In this document: positions 1 through 13,344 of the stretch, in pieces | Numbering within the stretch: the first letter of the stretch is position 1 | Layout: every line of letters begins with the position of its first letter | Assembly (NCBI GenBank): GCA_950097015.1 | Contig: CATNEN010000007.1 | Location: forward strand, 4,898,001 to 4,962,000 | DNA: 64,000 nucleotides | Reading direction: 5' to 3' | From: Macrostomum hystrix | Taxonomy: Eukaryota > Animalia > Platyhelminthes | Position numbers and translations under genes: made by a program | The notes under the pieces: model-generated | The model's database searches: none | Seen by the model: only the letters and a program-made list of their open reading frames with translations | Told to the model about the DNA's origin: nothing

Positions 1-138
1 CTGTCCATTGAGTCTCTACATCCGTCTGTCCATTGAGTCTCTACATCCGTCTGTCCATTGAGTCTCTACATCCGTCTGTCCATTGAGTCTCTACATCCGT
101 CTGTCCATTGAGTCTCTACATCCGTCTGTCCATTGAGT
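1..138. repeat. 25-bp tandem repeat (CTGTCCATTGAGTCTCTACATCCGT), ~5.5 copies, runs off the window start
   Basis: Exact 25-bp periodicity from position 1. Confidence 0.95.
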
Positions 139-2476
139 TCCTATCTGTCTATCATTTGAGTATCTCTCTGTCTATCTAGACAGAATAGGCGAGAGAGACA
201 CTAGTCCATTCTGCACTTTTTGAAGGCCGCGAGACAGAAGGATTAGGTGTTAATGGATTAAGATTGAAGACAGGAAGTCCAGAACTAGCTGCTAGGCGGA
301 GAGGTGGATGATGAAATTGGGTAAAAGACAAGAGAAGAACTAATTGCTGGTTTAGGGGTAGATATATTTTCTGGCTTTGAATTGCAGACAGATCCTTTTA
401 TCCCCAACGGACGATGAAAAGCGATGTAAAGCTTCAGCTCAGAATGTCAGCATGGATTGCACACTAATTATAGGATGGTAAATGGTGCCCCTTAAGGAAA
501 AAATTAAAGAATATTTGAAGGGCTCTGCACCTTTGAGCAGAGATTGTAGTTCAGTAATAACTATCACATTAACTCCCCTTTTGGTGAGTTATTGATTACC
601 AGCACAATTCACCAAGGGCAAGCTACATATACTAGATAGTAGAAAGAGAAGAGGACATACAAGGAAAGAAGATCACAAAAATTTAATCCAAAGGGCTCCA
701 ACAGAGCCTTAAGAATTTATTGAAATTTATATGACATTATCAATAACATGAACTGTTGTAGATATTGCAAATTACATTAGCTGGACAGATATATGTGGGT
801 GGGTGTGGTTTTGATCCCAATCCATTAGCAGTTTATGCAAAATCATTATTACTAGTAGTAGCTAATCTATTCACCTAACTCATGAATATCATGAAGACAT
901 TTATGTCTTTTTCATGTTCACAATGAAAGCTCAAATAATTACTCACGTCTAGTGGGACAAGTGCAGGCTTGGTAAATACTGTTTGAATGTAGGCCCATAA
1001 GAACATTCCAAGAAAAATGTGGTAGAAGACAATAAGTGCCACTGAAAATAAAATTTAAGGAATAATAAACATACATATGTTTATATAGCATTCAGTAGCA
1101 TACATATATGCTACCCTACACTACATGGCTATTGCACTTTCTTGTGTGTAAAAGCTAATAAAATCAAATCTGACTGAAGTATTTTAATACACTGAATTAT
1201 TTAATCCTAAATTTATACCCCAACTTTGGAAAAAAATTCATAGCCAAAACTAAATTATTTAGGCCTAGCAATAACCAAATAGCTCTTAACTTCACCATCT
1301 AACAAGTATGATTTTTGTTCTAGGCCTTTTCTCAAGTTACAATTTTGTTATTTATGATAATAGTATAACATTTAGAAATATTATGGGAGTAACATTTAAA
1401 AATATATATATATATAAATACATTATATATGTAATATATAAATACTTGCTAAATACATTAAATAAGTTATATATAAATCCTTGCATAATAGATAATATAC
1501 TTCGAATAGATATTTACATACTCAATTTCACTAACTTTTGCAGTGACTGGCTTTGGTAAAATATCTTTATACTACGAAAATATTTTTGCTCACCCTTTTC
1601 TCCAATGTTACTGCTTGGAATAGCATCTAAAATGAAAGGAAGAATATGTTCAAACAGACTACATTGCTACATAAACATGCATTTTATTATTTAAAGAAGG
1701 CAAGAAAACACTTACAGATGCACATTGCAACAACATAGGCATAATAAGACCAAGCTATAATCAGGAAAATAAACACAAGAGGTATTGCTCTTGATATGTT
1801 CATGCATAGAAGCAAACATTTATTCATTGCTTACTCACAAATGTAAAAAATCTATATTTTAATAAAGGGCTTACTTAACAAATACTGCTTTTATTAACTG
1901 ACTGTTTTGTTCAATGGGGATTAAAATAATAATGGCTAGTTACCGACCCGAACTAGCCTTCACTCTTAACCGTTTCTTAGAAAATCACTTCTTTTAATCG
2001 GTGCGTTAAGCGTCGTGAACTGTTTCGTAATCGACTTGTCGAAACAAAAGGTAGTGGCTATTCGGACGGCAGAATCTCCTATCTTGCAGTGCATTTCCAA
2101 GAAATGATGAAGCGAGTCATAGCAAATCTAAAATGTAAACTGCGATGCTTGTAGATTTTTCTTATGAATAAAAACTGTTTGATTATTTTCTGCACGGTTA
2201 GATGATAAAATTATACGTGTTCGCCTACCCGCGTGTCGCGGATATCATTATTGTTAAACTGTTATCTATCTATTATCGATTTTTCCCCGTGTCCCTTTCC
2301 ATACTGACCCCCCCTCCAGTCTAGCTTCTGCACCCACCTTGTTTTCTCTCCCTCTACGCACGTTATTGTATGTTAACCCCAATGTACATCCACCCAGGGT
2401 TTCGTACCCTCTTTTGTCTCTCCTCACTGTCGGCCCCAATTCCTTCCTTGCATATCGAAATATAATATAGTTAGAG

Positions 2477-5170
2477 CAGTGGTTCTCAACCTGTGGGTCG
2501 CGACCCCCAGTGGGGTCGCGTGATCATTTTCTGGGGGTCGCAGCAATAAGAAAAATTATTAAAAAATGTATTTTTTATTGGGGAAGAACTCTTTAGAGAT
2601 ATTAGAGTAAAAAATATATAGTCAAAGTAAAATGAAGTGAAGGGCTGTTAGCTACATTGCAAAGGCTAGTACTAGCGGCCTAGCACGTAACTTGAAGTCG
2701 CAACACAAAATACGCACGCAGTCGCAAGCTAAGCCTCTTCTGCTAGATATGGGCTGAGTCACACAACACCACACTACAAGCAAAACAAACTTTTCTTCTC
2801 TGTCTCCCTTCTACCTTACCCCAACAAGTTTAACACGAACGATCGCAACTCCTAACCCAGAGGAGGAACTCCTCTCAGCAACCCACCCCCACATTCAAAC
2901 GCATTCCCATTCCTTTTGGCTTAGCCTTAGCTGATTGGAGGCACTAGAAAGATTAGGGAAAGGATAGACGGAACAAAACATCTGAGGCATAGCCAAGTCT
3001 AGGGAAGGCAAACTGGGATCCTCATATATAATGTCTCTGCTGGGAGAAATACAAGTGTAAGACTGATAAAGTGAATTTACAGACTAACTACAGAGAGGCA
3101 TCTGCTTAGATATTCAATCTCATCTGTTGTTAATGGCATCGTCTGCAAACTCGCGTAAGCGCAGTTATAATGAAGCATTTCTTGAGTTAGGTTTCACAAC
3201 TGCGAATGAAAAACCACAATGTGTTATCTGCGAAGTCACATTGTCAAAGGAGTCAATGAAACCAAACAAACTCAAGCGCCATCTGCAAACCCAGCACCCT
3301 GAAGTTGCGACTAAGCCACGCGAGTACTTTATGGAGAAGCTAAAGGCGTTGGACAGGAAGAAAGGCTGCATGAAGACGGTTTTGGCTAGCAACGAGGCTG
3401 CCGTGAGAGCTTCGTATGTTGCTGCTCTTCACATTGCCAGGAAGATGAAGCCGCACACAATTGGCGAAGAGCTTCTGCTTCCGATGATGAAAGAAGTCGT
3501 TGGCATCATGTGCGGAGAGAAGGAAGCCAAAAAGTTAGACTCGCTATCCATGTCCAATGACACTGTGAGACGTCGTATCCACGACATGTCCGATGACATC
3601 CTATCTCAAATCGTGAAGAAGGTAAGAGAATCACCATTCTTTGCCATTCAATTGGACGAATCAACAGACATCGCTAACCAAGCACAGTTGTTGGTGTATG
3701 TTCGCTACCTTCATGGCAAAGGCTTTGAGGAAAATTTTCTCTGTTGCAAATATTTGCCCGGTCACGTTCGTGGAGAAGACATCTTCAAAGTCATAAACGA
3801 ATTCATGCAGTCAAATTCCATCAGCTGGTCGCACTGTACCGCAGTGTGCACAGATGGAGCGGCAGCGTGCACAGGAAAAAACAGTGGTGCTGTGAAACGC
3901 ATCGAAGATGTCGCGCCTGACGCTAGCTGGACACATTGCTTCATCCATCGTGAAGCACTGGCAGCCAAAGACTTGTCAGCTGACCTCCACGCCGTCTTGA
4001 CAGACGTTGTTTCCGTGGTGAATTTCATCAAAAGTCGACCTCTGAATCATCGACTGTTCACAGCACTGTGCGAGGAAATGGGGGCTGAGCACAGTTCCCT
4101 CCTTCTCCACACCGAAGTTCGCTGGCTATCGCGTGGTCGCGTGCTCAACCGTGTTTTTGAACTGAGAGAAGAAGTTGGTCTTTTCTTGCACAACGAAGAC
4201 CACAAAAAAGCACTGAACTTTAAGGACCGCTGCTGGCTGGCTAAATTGGCTTATCTGTGCGACATTTTCGGCAGGCTGAACAGCTTGAATCTGTCACTTC
4301 AAGGAGCAGAGAAGACCATTGTCGACAGCATATCTGCAATCACTGCCTTTCAGAAAAAGATAGAGCTGTGGTTGAATGCGGCCAATCGCTTCGAGTTTGC
4401 GCCATTTCCAGTCTTTGACAGCTTCACCAAAAACGAAGAGGATCTGCGCAGAGATTTGGCGACAACCATCGTATCACACCTTGAAAAGCTCAGGCAACAA
4501 TTGATGCATTATTTCAGCGAAGCTGGGAGCAAGTACTCGAGTAAATATCCATGGATTGTGTCTCCCTTCACGACTTCTCCCGATGACACTGCCTCGCTGC
4601 CGTTTGCTATTGCAGAGCAGCTGCTTGATTTGTCTTCCGACATCAGCCTCAAGGTGCTGTTTCCCACCATTGCTCTGGTGGAGTTTTGGTGCAGCTTGCT
4701 GCCAAAATATCCAGCTGCTGCTGCCATTGCTGTGAGGCACTTGCTCCCCTTTGCATCCACCTGGTCATGCGAGACAGGCTTTAGTGCTCTCACAGCGCTG
4801 AAATACAAAGCCAGGAATCGTCTACATGCCGAGAGCGATCTGCGTTTGGCATTGACGAAGAAAGTCGTTCCTCAAATCGACTTGTTGTGTGGCAAAATGC
4901 AATTTCAACCCTCTCACTGAAAAGTGCATTTGTGACACTGATCTTAAGCTGAAAACATTTACTTTTTGTTGTTGTTTGTTTGTTTGTTGTTTGTTTGTAT
5001 TCTTGTTCATTGTTTTTCCTGTTTTATTTTAACTCTAAATAGCTCGAATATGATTGTGTGAGTACGTCATGTTGCATGATATTGATTATATTACAAAAAA
5101 GGTCGCAAAGAAAAAAATAGATGCAAGTGAATAAATTAGGGTCGCCTGGAAAAAAGGTTGAGAACCGCTG
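2477..5170 (+). mobile_element. hAT DNA transposon (Buster/Charlie group), apparently intact
   Basis: TIRs CAGTGGTTCTCAACC (2477) and GGTTGAGAACCGCTG (ends 5170). 8-bp TSD AGTTAGAG (2469-2476, 5171-5178) with central TA typical of Buster. Full transposase ORF. Confidence 0.96.
3133..4920 (+). CDS. hAT/Buster transposase (ZBED5/SCAND3-like), ~595 aa
   Basis: BED-type Zn finger (CVIC...HLQTQH); [24 protein letters not shown] and CETGFS motifs give an intact DDE triad. First ATG at 3133. Confidence 0.95.
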   Translation: MASSANSRKRSYNEAFLELGFTTANEKPQCVICEVTLSKESMKPNKLKRHLQTQHPEVATKPREYFMEKLKALDRKKGCMKTVLASNEAAVRASYVAALHIARKMKPHTIGEELLLPMMKEVVGIMCGEKEAKKLDSLSMSNDTVRRRIHDMSDDILSQIVKKVRESPFFAIQLDESTDIANQAQLLVYVRYLHGKGFEENFLCCKYLPGHVRGEDIFKVINEFMQSNSISWSHCTAVCTDGAAACTGKNSGAVKRIEDVAPDASWTHCFIHREALAAKDLSADLHAVLTDVVSVVNFIKSRPLNHRLFTALCEEMGAEHSSLLLHTEVRWLSRGRVLNRVFELREEVGLFLHNEDHKKALNFKDRCWLAKLAYLCDIFGRLNSLNLSLQGAEKTIVDSISAITAFQKKIELWLNAANRFEFAPFPVFDSFTKNEEDLRRDLATTIVSHLEKLRQQLMHYFSEAGSKYSSKYPWIVSPFTTSPDDTASLPFAIAEQLLDLSSDISLKVLFPTIALVEFWCSLLPKYPAAAAIAVRHLLPFASTWSCETGFSALTALKYKARNRLHAESDLRLALTKKVVPQIDLLCGKMQFQPSH

Positions 5171-5844
5171 AGTTAGAGGCCCGGGGCAAGGCCTTTGTCG
5201 GTCGTTCACTTTTCTAGCCCGTTCAAATCAACACCATTAGTTAACCTCATTTTCTTAACATGGCGCCCAATGAAATTGAACTATTGTGAATTTTACGTGC
5301 ATATCGACTGTGTTAGTCGCATTCGTCCTTCGCCATATCGGACTCGTTGGCGCTAGTGTCTCGAATATCATTAGCGTCAGTTTCGACTCGTATCTAGTAT
5401 ATGCCAGCCTATCTTCAGTGAACCCGTTTTCACTTGAGCTGGTTGCTTCGTTAGAATTCTGCTCGCACTAGGACTCAGCTTCGTCGGCCCGATTTCGGAG
5501 TTCTCTGGTCTACTGGTCAACTCTCTCGTCAGCAGCAGTAAGGTTCTCGGATCCGTAGTCATGTCTCGTTCTCGGTGGATCGGGTGACCGGCTGTCTCAT
5601 TCTCTCGTGTCGCCAGGGTGCTCAAAAGCGGTCCGACTGTAATCAACGCGTCCTAAGCTAAGCAAAATTTCGTGCCATTCTGCTATACTAATTCTCTAAT
5701 TGCTCGTTTTCCACTTGTTTTGTTTTCGCTGAACGCTATCCCCAATTATTGTTATTTAAAAATTTCGGTTGTTCTGGGTCCATTGCGCTCCCTCCTTGGC
5801 TCACTCATTGTTGCTACCCGTTGCTGGTCGCGTTTCCGTTCCTG

Positions 5845-8133
5845 ATGTCGTCTCAGATGAAGAAGAGGTCAGTTATTCGTGCAGCAGTCACTCGGACTAT
5901 CAATAGAGCCGAGAAAATCTTGAGTTTGGAATCTCTGGATGCCTGGACATCGTGGCTAAAGTCCTGGTCCAACAGCGTTTTTGAGGTCCCTCGCTACATT
6001 TTTCAGGCGTTAGATTCCTTTCCAAGCAACATCGAACTTCACGGCTTCTGCGATGCAAGTGAGACAGCCTTTGCTGCATGCATCTATGCCCGCGCCAAAT
6101 CTGAATCTGGCGGTATCTCTACGACGCTGCTCTTGGCAAAATCGCGTGTCGCTCCACTTTCGAATCTGTCCATTGCTCGGTTGGAGTTACTGGGTGCACT
6201 CATCTTAGCACGCCTCATGCATCTCACGTCACAGCAATTTCCTGACGCTGCTCGCTTCTTGTGGACAGACAGTTTAACTGCGCTCTGTTGGATTAAAAAC
6301 ACCGACAAGCTACGCAAGTTATTTGTGCAAAATCGGGTCAAGGAAATTCGCAGTCTAACAGCGGTCTCGGAGTGGCGACATGTGCCAGGTGAGCAGAATC
6401 CAGCAGATATCCCATCTCGTGGTTGCTTGCCAGTCAAGCTTCGTGATAATTCGACTTGGTTCCATGGACCGCCATTCCTGCTGACTGACCAATACCCCTC
6501 TGCTGATCTTCCAGCACCCGTTCGCGAAGCCGTTGAAGTCGAATCTGCTAAGGTGCTTAGTGTGACAGCTTCCGACACAGAGCATTCGGATAGCGTGGCT
6601 CTTGACCCACCGGGTTATGGCATCTCAACGCTTCTGGAGATCAGGCGTTTCTCTTCATTCAACAGGTTGCTCCGCGTGACATCATGGGTCAGGCGGTTCA
6701 TCTTTAACATGCGTGCTTCTGTGACGAGTTTGCCACTGCTCCAATCTACGTTTCTAACGGCAGCTGAGCTGAACGAAAGCGAAGTCTTGTGGCTTGGCGC
6801 AACTCAGCGGGCGGCCTTCAGAAAGGAGTTCAACCATTTACTTGGAAAGACAGCGACCACACCGCTTAACAGAGATCTGAACCTGTTCGTTGACAGCAAC
6901 GGCCTGCTTCGTTCCCAAGGCCGCATTGGTGAACTGTTCTCATTTCAAACCAATAATCCCATTCTGATCCCACGGCACAGTCGTCTCGAGCAGCTCGTTA
7001 TTGAGCGAGCTCATCGGTCTGTCGCACATGGGGGAGTGGCGGCTACGCTATGCAAAATCCGAGAGAAGTTCTGGATACTCAAAGGCCGTCAGAGGGTGAA
7101 GCAGGAGCTTTCGCATTGTGTTGTATGCCGGAAGATGCAAGGTCGCGCTTACTCAGTGCCTGTTATTCCCCAATTGCCGCAGTTTCGGTTGTCAGATGTA
7201 CGTCCCTTCCAGACGGTCGGTCTCGACTATTTTGGTCCGATTTTATATCGGACGGGGGAGGGTGATGGCGCTAGCCAGCTGCTGTCTAAGGCGTACGTCT
7301 CACTCTTCACGTGCTCATCCTCTCGAGCAGTGCACCTAGAGCTTCTGCCAGACCTGTCGACTCAGCAGCTTTTGCACGGACTTCGACGTTTCGTAGCGCG
7401 TAGAGGCATTCCTTCCTTAATTAGCGATAATGCGAAGACTTTCCGGTCTGCTGCACGAATCCTCGGTGCAAGCACTAGTGAGCAAGTGCAATCTTTCTGC
7501 GCTGAGAAACGAATTGTCTGGCAGTTTATTCCCGAGAAGGCCCCTTGGTGGGGTGGATTTTGGGAACGACTCGTCGGTGTGGTGAAAAGCGCTCTGAAGA
7601 AAAGCGTCGGTCGCGCACAGCTCGGCTTCGATCAGCTGGCCACAACAACAATAGAAATAGAAGCTGTCGTCAACAGTAGACCGCTGCTTTACGTCTCCGC
7701 AGATGACAAGAGCGAAGTCATTACACCCTCACACTTTCTGAGTGGTGTACGTCTTACTCTTGAGCCTGACAAGTACTCTGAATTTTCGTCCGTTATGCTG
7801 CCACTTTCGAGCCGTCTTAAATTGCTTCGAAAGGCGTTGAATTCATTTTGGGACGTCTGGCACACGTCGTATGTCACAGCCCTCCGGGAGAAGTCGTTAA
7901 AGGTGCAAGGTGGGGGCCCGGAGCCCAAACCTGGCGATGTTGTCGTCGTCAGCGGCGAGCCGCGCCAACCTAGGCTGTCGTGGAAGTTGGGTGTGATTGA
8001 GTCAGTCTGCAGAGGTCGGGATGGTTTCTGTCGCTCGGCTCTAGTGCGGGTAGTCAGTGGTGTAGGGGGTCGAAGGTTGGAGCGCATTAGACGACCAGTG
8101 CGGGCCTTAGTGCCACTTGAAGTCTCTGAATAG
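5845..8133 (+). CDS. BEL/Pao fusion ORF: Gag N-terminal ~30 aa joined in frame to RNase H-integrase-C-terminal domain
   Basis: MSSQMKKRSVIRAAVTRTIN (BEL Gag start). ELHGFCDASETAFAACIY and LSIARLELLGAL (Pao RNase H). H..H..C..C Zn finger, GLDYFGP, ISDNAKTF, PWWGGFWERLV (integrase). No Gag CCHC, protease or RT core. Confidence 0.88.
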   Translation: MSSQMKKRSVIRAAVTRTINRAEKILSLESLDAWTSWLKSWSNSVFEVPRYIFQALDSFPSNIELHGFCDASETAFAACIYARAKSESGGISTTLLLAKSRVAPLSNLSIARLELLGALILARLMHLTSQQFPDAARFLWTDSLTALCWIKNTDKLRKLFVQNRVKEIRSLTAVSEWRHVPGEQNPADIPSRGCLPVKLRDNSTWFHGPPFLLTDQYPSADLPAPVREAVEVESAKVLSVTASDTEHSDSVALDPPGYGISTLLEIRRFSSFNRLLRVTSWVRRFIFNMRASVTSLPLLQSTFLTAAELNESEVLWLGATQRAAFRKEFNHLLGKTATTPLNRDLNLFVDSNGLLRSQGRIGELFSFQTNNPILIPRHSRLEQLVIERAHRSVAHGGVAATLCKIREKFWILKGRQRVKQELSHCVVCRKMQGRAYSVPVIPQLPQFRLSDVRPFQTVGLDYFGPILYRTGEGDGASQLLSKAYVSLFTCSSSRAVHLELLPDLSTQQLLHGLRRFVARRGIPSLISDNAKTFRSAARILGASTSEQVQSFCAEKRIVWQFIPEKAPWWGGFWERLVGVVKSALKKSVGRAQLGFDQLATTTIEIEAVVNSRPLLYVSADDKSEVITPSHFLSGVRLTLEPDKYSEFSSVMLPLSSRLKLLRKALNSFWDVWHTSYVTALREKSLKVQGGGPEPKPGDVVVVSGEPRQPRLSWKLGVIESVCRGRDGFCRSALVRVVSGVGGRRLERIRRPVRALVPLEVSE

Positions 8134-9731
8134 CTATTTGTTGTTTCAGTGTATGCCTTGAAGTTTCCATAATCAATGTGAAATAAACTTCAAGCAAATT
8201 TTCTTGTGCTTTGTCCATTTAAGATTGTAATTCATTCGCTTATCCAGTCTCTCATCCGTGCTTATCTCGTATTAGCGTTAAGTAATTTCGCCTTTGGTGT
8301 TGGTGTATTTATTAAAATTTCTTCACCAGTCAGCAATGGCTACTCACTCTAAACTGTTATGCATGCTTGTTACTTCGCTCGTGTTTCGTCTTGGTGTTGG
8401 TGTATTTTTCCCCATATTTTCTATCCAAAAAAACCATGCCTATTCCCTTTGAACTGTCACGCCTGCTTTTGAGCAAGGTCTCGTTTTATTAAATTTTTCA
8501 TGAAAAATGGTTCCCATTTTTGGGGGAGTGTCGCGGAAATCATTATTGTTAAACTGTTATCTATCTATTATCGATTTTTCCCCGTGTCCCTTTCCATACT
8601 GACCCCCCCTCCAGTCTAGCTTCTGCACCCACCTTGTTTTCTCTCCCTCTACGCACGTTATTGTATGTTAACCCCAATGTACATCCACCCAGGGTTTCGT
8701 ACCCTCTTTTGTCTCTCCTCACTGTCGGCCCCAATTCCTTCCTTGCATATCGAAATATAATATAGTTAGAGGCCCGGGGCAAGGCCTTTGTCGGTCGTTC
8801 ACTTTTCTAGCCCGTTCAAATCAACACCATTAGTTAACCTCATTTTCTTAACACCGCGGCAAGCTTCCTCATGGTGAATTATTGGATTTTATATTTCCGG
8901 ACTGCCGTACGAATAGCCACTTCCGAAAAAAAAGTAAATGTTCCTTTACAAATTCGTTAAAATTACAGTGGCGAAAGTGACTGCTTATATATACATGGTT
9001 ATAAAACGAATTGGTGTTGTCTTTCTCTCAACTAATGGCATTAAAATTATCTAGAGCTCCAAGCAAAACTAGGCTGCAAAAATCTATCGCACAGGCCTGC
9101 TTTGCTTTCACAAACATTCAGCTGATTGCATGATGAACAAAATTACGATATTTAATCGGTAGCGAAATAATGATCTGAAGAGGTTATTATGCGACTAATC
9201 GATTTAGAATCAATCCGTTAACTAGACTGCAAGAAAATTACATGCACGTATGTATATGTAGAACGTTGTACAAGAATACACAAGCAATAGGAATGCTTAA
9301 TAGACTTGAACAATGTTTATTTATTCCCAAAATGCTTGAGAACTCGACCTGTCAAGAACTAATCAGAAACAAGCAAGGGAGTTTTTTATTATGAGAAATG
9401 TAATTAAGTCATTATTCTAAAAAAGGTAAGTGATGAAGCTACTCAAAATAATACCAATTTACCTTTTCGAAAGCTAAAGTTTCCAACGATGCATAATAAA
9501 GGGATAAACAGAGAATCAGGGAGCAAAAGCAGCCTATGTACTTCGAGTTTAAGAGAAAGCCATTTTTCGAGTAAGGGTCCAAGTAGAGAGTTCAATAGAA
9601 AGGTATCAGACGAGAAAAGGCAAGTACGAGTGTTGGAGAAGGAGTAGATGGATAATAATGGCGTCGAAATATTTGACTCTGCGAAGGAGAGCGAGAGCGA
9701 GAGAAAGCAGGAAGTCGGAGAAATCTTGGGG

Positions 9732-10810
9732 TCAGAGATGCAGCACCCGCAAGGTCCGGTAGTGGTAGCCAGGTCTGCAGGATGGCAAAGCCACCAGCAC
9801 GCGACCGTCGCTTCTCAGCCAGGCTGCGGCGGCGCCAGCATCAGAGTCATCCGGCAGCTGGTCAAAGCGGTCACGAAATCGTCGCGTAGAAGCTTGACCG
9901 TTGGTCACCAGCTGACGTCGGCCGCTGACAGTAACCGCCAACGGCTCCGATGTCACCGCCAAGTCGCTGGCCGAGTAGCCTCCACCATCGGCCACCAGCA
10001 GGTGCACAACTGAGGCATGAAATACTGACTGCTGCTGCTGCTGCCGTGGTGATGGTGAGAGCGGCATCGGCGACTGCTGATGCTGCCAATTGAAATAAGT
10101 CAAAGGAAACTGAATGAAAATTCATACAGTAAAGTCTGTTACTTCCTCTAATGGATTGTTTCCGTCGCATTTTTAACTCACATCCTTGCTGGCACTCTCA
10201 GTGACTGGTGCCGCGGTCCCCAAATTCACCGGGACAGACGCCACTGCGGGCACCTCCAGCCGCAGTCGCCCATCGGGCAGCAGGGCAGCCCTCACTCCGC
10301 CGCCGCCGCTGGCTGCCGCGATTGAGGCGACGCTGTTAGCGCCAGGCGGCAATGTCAATCGGCGTTCAAACGCCATACGACGAGGCGGCGTCGACCTGCC
10401 GACAACGCGAATGACGACTCCACCGTCGCCGGTGCCAAACCCAGCCTCCGGCGACACAACAAGTTCCGAAGGCGAGTAGCCGTGGGCGTTCAAATGCGTG
10501 ATGTAGAATCGGCCGCTCGCATCTAGCCTCCATTCGCCTTCGACTTCGGCGTCCCTTTGTGGATGGTCTTCAGGGGCGCAGCCATTGCCATTGGAGCCGC
10601 CATTCGCGCTGGTGAAAAAGCCGTCAGCGGCTGCTCGCACGCGCCTGTTGAGCTGGTCAAGCTCCTGTAGCTGCGCTGCTGATGGCGACGCTGGCGGCGT
10701 GGAACTCGACGGTCGCGGATGCCGCTGACTCTGCTGATGGCTGTCCCCGTCGCTGGCGAAACGGACGGCGAGACGGCGACGGCGTTCTGGGATTGGTCGG
10801 AATCGATTTA
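9732..10810 (-). CDS. Small heat-shock protein with two alpha-crystallin domains (flatworm p40/major egg antigen-like); 5' end unresolved
   Basis: Exons ~10810-10182 and 10082-9732 join in frame over a 99-bp GT-AG intron (...SASKD|HQQSP...). Each exon has a crystallin-like motif ([10 protein letters not shown]...[14 protein letters not shown]; [11 protein letters not shown]...[14 protein letters not shown]). Confidence 0.72.
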
Positions 10811-11023
<213 letters not shown>

Positions 11024-11776
11024 TTTCTTGTTTAATCTGTGTACTAGAAACCGTAGCAAGCATTTTACTATTTCAAGATAAGTTACGAATTTTTGCTAGA
11101 ATATTTTTTACTACCCTCCAATTACAACTCTACTGAGCCATGGGAATAGCTGACCACATGGCGGCAACTTCAAAGGCGGCAATAAAGGAAAAGAATGTAC
11201 AGTAGTTACTATACACTACGAGATGACAATTCTCAGAATCAAAGGAGCAACAACATTATTTTATGCAAAAACAATCGTAGATGTAGAAAATCAGGTAGAA
11301 ATCCAACAGAGCTATTTTATTTTAATTGAAAGAGTCAAATAATTTTAACTAGGACCTTTTATGGAACAGAGTGCCAGAATATGAGATTCGTTCTCAGCAT
11401 TCGAATACAATTAATCCGCCCAGTAGCCTCATAGCTCCACTGTGTGAGTCTGTGTGCTCAAGGAGTAATGAGCCAGTCTGTTCTATTTACACTTCACTTT
11501 GACGTCTATTTTCTCTCCTGGGTCAACCGCAACGCATTGTGGGGCAAAAAGCTAAGTCGAAAACTTAATAAACAGCTATTTCACTTCTTCAAGCGAGCCA
11601 CAATCAACGAGAAATGTTTTCCATTGTGCAAATTTCATGCTATATGAATTCGCTGCGAGTCTGAGTGCAAATTTCTTACTTCTTGCTTTTAGTAATAGCC
11701 AACTCATCCCCCCTACTCATGTCCCCTTCCATTAATTGCTTCTGGATTTTATTCAAATTTTAGTTTTTGGGGTAGA

Positions 11777-12960
11777 GCAGCATTCATCCCTGATGTCACA
11801 ATAGATCCTTACACAGCAGCACTCATCCCTGATGTCACAACAGATCCCCACAGTCAGCAGCAGCACTCATCCCTGATGTCACAGAAGATCCCCACAGTCA
11901 GCAGCAGCACTCAACCCTGATGTCACAGAAGATCCTCACAGTCAGCAGCAGCACTCATCCCTGATGTCACAACAGATCCCCACAGTCAGCAGCAGCACTC
12001 ATCCCTGATGTCACAACAGATCCCCACAGTCAGCAGCAGCACTCATCCCTGATGTCACAACAGATCCCCACAGTCAGCAGCAGCACTCATCCCTGATGTC
12101 ACAACAGATCCCCACAGTCAGCAGCAGCACTCATCCCTGATGTCACAGAAGATCCCCACAGTCAGCAGCAGCACTCATCCATGATGTCACAGAAGATCCT
12201 CACAGTCAGCAGCAGCACTCATCCATGATGTCACAGAAGATCCTCACAGTCAGCAGCAGCACTCATCCCTGATGTCACAACAGATCCCCACAGTCAGCAG
12301 CAGCACTCATCCCTGATGTCACAACAGATCCCCACAGTCAGCAGCAGCACTCATCCCTGATGTCACAGAAGATCCCCACAGTCAGCAGCAGCACTCATCC
12401 CTGATGTCACAACAGATCCCCCCAGTCAGCAGCAGCACTCATCCCTGATGTAGATCCCCACAGTCAGCAGCAGCACTCATCCCTGATGTCACAACAGATC
12501 CCCACAGTCAGCAGCAGCAGTCATCCCTGATGTCACAACAGATCCCCACAGTCAGCAGCAGCACTCATCCCTGATGTCACAACAGATCCCCACAGTCAGC
12601 AGCAGCACTCATCCCTGATGTCACAACAGATCCCCACAGTCAGCAGCAGCACTCATCCCTGATGTCACAACAGATCCCCACAGTCAGCAGCAGCACTCAT
12701 CCCTGATGTCACAACAGATCCCCACAGTCAGCAGCAGCACTAATCCCTGATGTCACAACAGATCCCCACAGTCAGCAGCAGCACTCATCCCTGATGTCAC
12801 AGAAGATCCCCACAGTCAGCAGCAGCACTAATCCCTGATGTCACAACAGATCCCCACAGTCAGCAGCAGCACTCATCCCTGATGTCACAACAGATCCCCA
12901 CAGTCAGCAGCAGCACTCATCCCTGATGTCACAACAGATCCCCACAGTCAGCAGCAGCAC
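11777..12960. repeat. 44-bp minisatellite (CACTCATCCCTGATGTCACAACAGATCCCCACAGTCAGCAGCAG), ~27 copies
   Basis: 44-bp periodicity with few variants. Confidence 0.96.
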
Positions 12961-13344
12961 TAAGTGGTATCCAGCAGCGTTGATGGCACTTACCCATACA
13001 GACCCGCTTGCCAATGAATATAATAATCCAGTAATGTCAGAATCACTCTATGAACCTTTCTTTACAATCAATTTCTTCAAAAGCGTTCGCATGAAAGACT
13101 AAACTATAAACGATTTTCCTACTTACTCTCGATGCAAAGAAAGCTAGAGAGTAATTTTAAGCCGTATTTATATGCGTTTAAGAAGTAAGAAAAATTTTAT
13201 ATTAGTTCTTGGTTGCATGCCGACTATTCATAGTAGCATGTAGCAAAGTTTTTTTTGAGTTTTGCAATCAATTTAGAGAGCAGAGTCAATTGTACGATAT
13301 TCAATTGTACAAGAGATAAGATAGGCGAGAGATGGGACTTGACA

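Larger units (their letters stand above)
2234..8853 (+). mobile_element. BEL/Pao LTR retrotransposon, internally deleted, 5' LTR interrupted by hAT
   Basis: 325-bp LTRs TG...CA (5' LTR = 2234-2476 + 5179-5260; 3' LTR = 8529-8853), one mismatch seen. 5-bp TSD CCGCG (2229-2233, 8854-8858). PBS TGGCGCCCAA at 5261 (tRNA-Lys-like). PPT TGGGGGAG at 8521-8528. BEL-type RNase H/integrase ORF. Confidence 0.95.

Noticed and set aside
1308-1559. 83-aa AT-rich ORF
   Set aside because: Low-complexity Ile/Tyr/Asn composition expected from AT-rich DNA; no recognisable motif.
11777-12960. CRISPR-like appearance of the 44-bp array
   Set aside because: Units are contiguous with no unique spacers, there are no cas genes, and the context is eukaryotic.
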